Position numbers and translations under genes: made by a program | Part shown: positions 62,987 to 64,000 of the stretch, piece after piece | How positions within the stretch are numbered: position 1 is the stretch's first letter | How the letters are laid out: each line of letters begins with the position of its first letter | Notes under the pieces: model-generated | Seen by the model: only the letters and a program-made list of their open reading frames with translations | Databases searched by the model: none | What the model was told of the DNA's origin: nothing | Assembly (NCBI RefSeq): GCF_030028105.1 | Contig: NC_092375.1 | Coordinates: forward strand, 145,761,415-145,825,414 | From: Mobula birostris | Lineage: Eukaryota | Length of the DNA stretch: 64,000 nt | Direction of reading: 5' to 3'

Positions 62987-64000
62987 TGTTGGTTTTTGCA
63001 AATAAAATGAAGTGAGGCGTTTCATGTTTAATGAAACCCGTAACATATTTTATTGAACCGCAAAACCGTGCTAAACATCCTTACATAACAGCGTCATCAC
63101 GTCAGACTAGCCTCTTAAAGCGAAACCCTAACTCAATGTCGGTTGTTGTGAATTATGTACATTCCTCCCAATTACATCACCCTACACAGGCCCCACCCCA
63201 GAATTCACTAAAATCGGCATTGTGAGCCTTTCTGGAGCTCGGATGAGCCGCCCGGTCCAGCTCCTGTATTCCATCGGTGGAGGAACTGCAGGTGCATCTG
63301 GCTTGTCTGCTGGAACGCTGACACACTCATGGTCATGATGTGACGTCAGGCGCTTGGCAGCGGAATACTCTAAATCTTGGTGGGCCGGTTTAAGGTGATC
63401 TGCTGAAATACAATCAGGTTTACCCCTCTTATCCATGACAAAAGTCTTTTCTACCTGTTCCAAAACATAGAATGAGCCTTCATAAGAGGGTCTAAGGGAT
63501 TGTTGGTGTGTGTCATGGTGGACAAAAACAAACGGGGTGGAACGTAGGTTACAGGAAACAAAAAGTGCTGTACGCCATGAGGGGAGGTCGGAATAGGCGT
63601 GAAGAAATTGAATTTACTGAAGAGGGTGCAATGCTATTGAGAGACCAACCAGGCTATTGTGGCATCAGGAATGAAATTACCTGGCACTTGTAACATTCGT
63701 CCATGATTCAAGTAAACTCACATGTAGTGGTGAATGCGCTTGGCAGAGTCATTGTGGGGAACTTACTGTAGGAGCAGGGTAATGACCTAAAGCCCTTGAC
63801 ATCCACAAGCCAGCAGTCTTAAGATTGACTAATGGTCCTTGGGCATACAGGAAATCTGCACCAAGCAGGGGTCGAGCCACGTTAGCCAGGACAAAGTCCC
63901 ATGTGTAATGTCATCAATCGCATCACCCGTCGTGTCCTGTGAGTCTGGATCCTGCTGCCGTTGGCGGCCTCCAGTGAGGTTTCGTCACCCTCTGCCTTCT
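62987..64000 (-). mobile_element. Duplicate of Gypsy element A (3' LTR 62987-63186, integrase end, ~2.2-kb internal deletion, protease region); runs off the window
   Basis: Same ATCA flank and LTR as 41864. Colinear with 42077-42573, then jumps to sequence matching ~44776 onward. Confidence 0.88.

Overview
Eukaryotic (vertebrate) genomic DNA. The crystallin type and repeat families point to a cartilaginous fish, probably a ray; this is inferred from recognition, not a search. The window is a head-to-tail tandem cluster of lens gamma-crystallin genes on the + strand, resembling shark 'gamma-crystallin S-1'. It holds four complete 3-exon genes of 175 aa each (exons 9 nt + 243 nt + 276 nt including stop; ATGs at 9623, 20881, 33318, 54741), the last exon of a fifth gene (1096-1371), and two copies of an orphan, disabled exon 3 split by a solo LTR. 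The intergenic DNA is duplicated flank plus transposon relics: two degenerate LTR-flanked Gypsy elements, CR1, Rex1/Babar-like and RTE LINE fragments, a Tigger/pogo deletion derivative, and Penelope-like elements carrying hammerhead-ribozyme motifs. The most notable observations are: (1) intron 1 has a GC donor in three paralogues and GT in one; (2) intact hammerhead motifs lie between genes, while a disabled sense-strand hammerhead sits in intron 2 of every complete gene; (3) the paralogues are mosaic; (4) nested insertions give a readable chronology; (5) one LINE looks invertebrate-like. I see no clear wholly new system; the findings are candidates to test.
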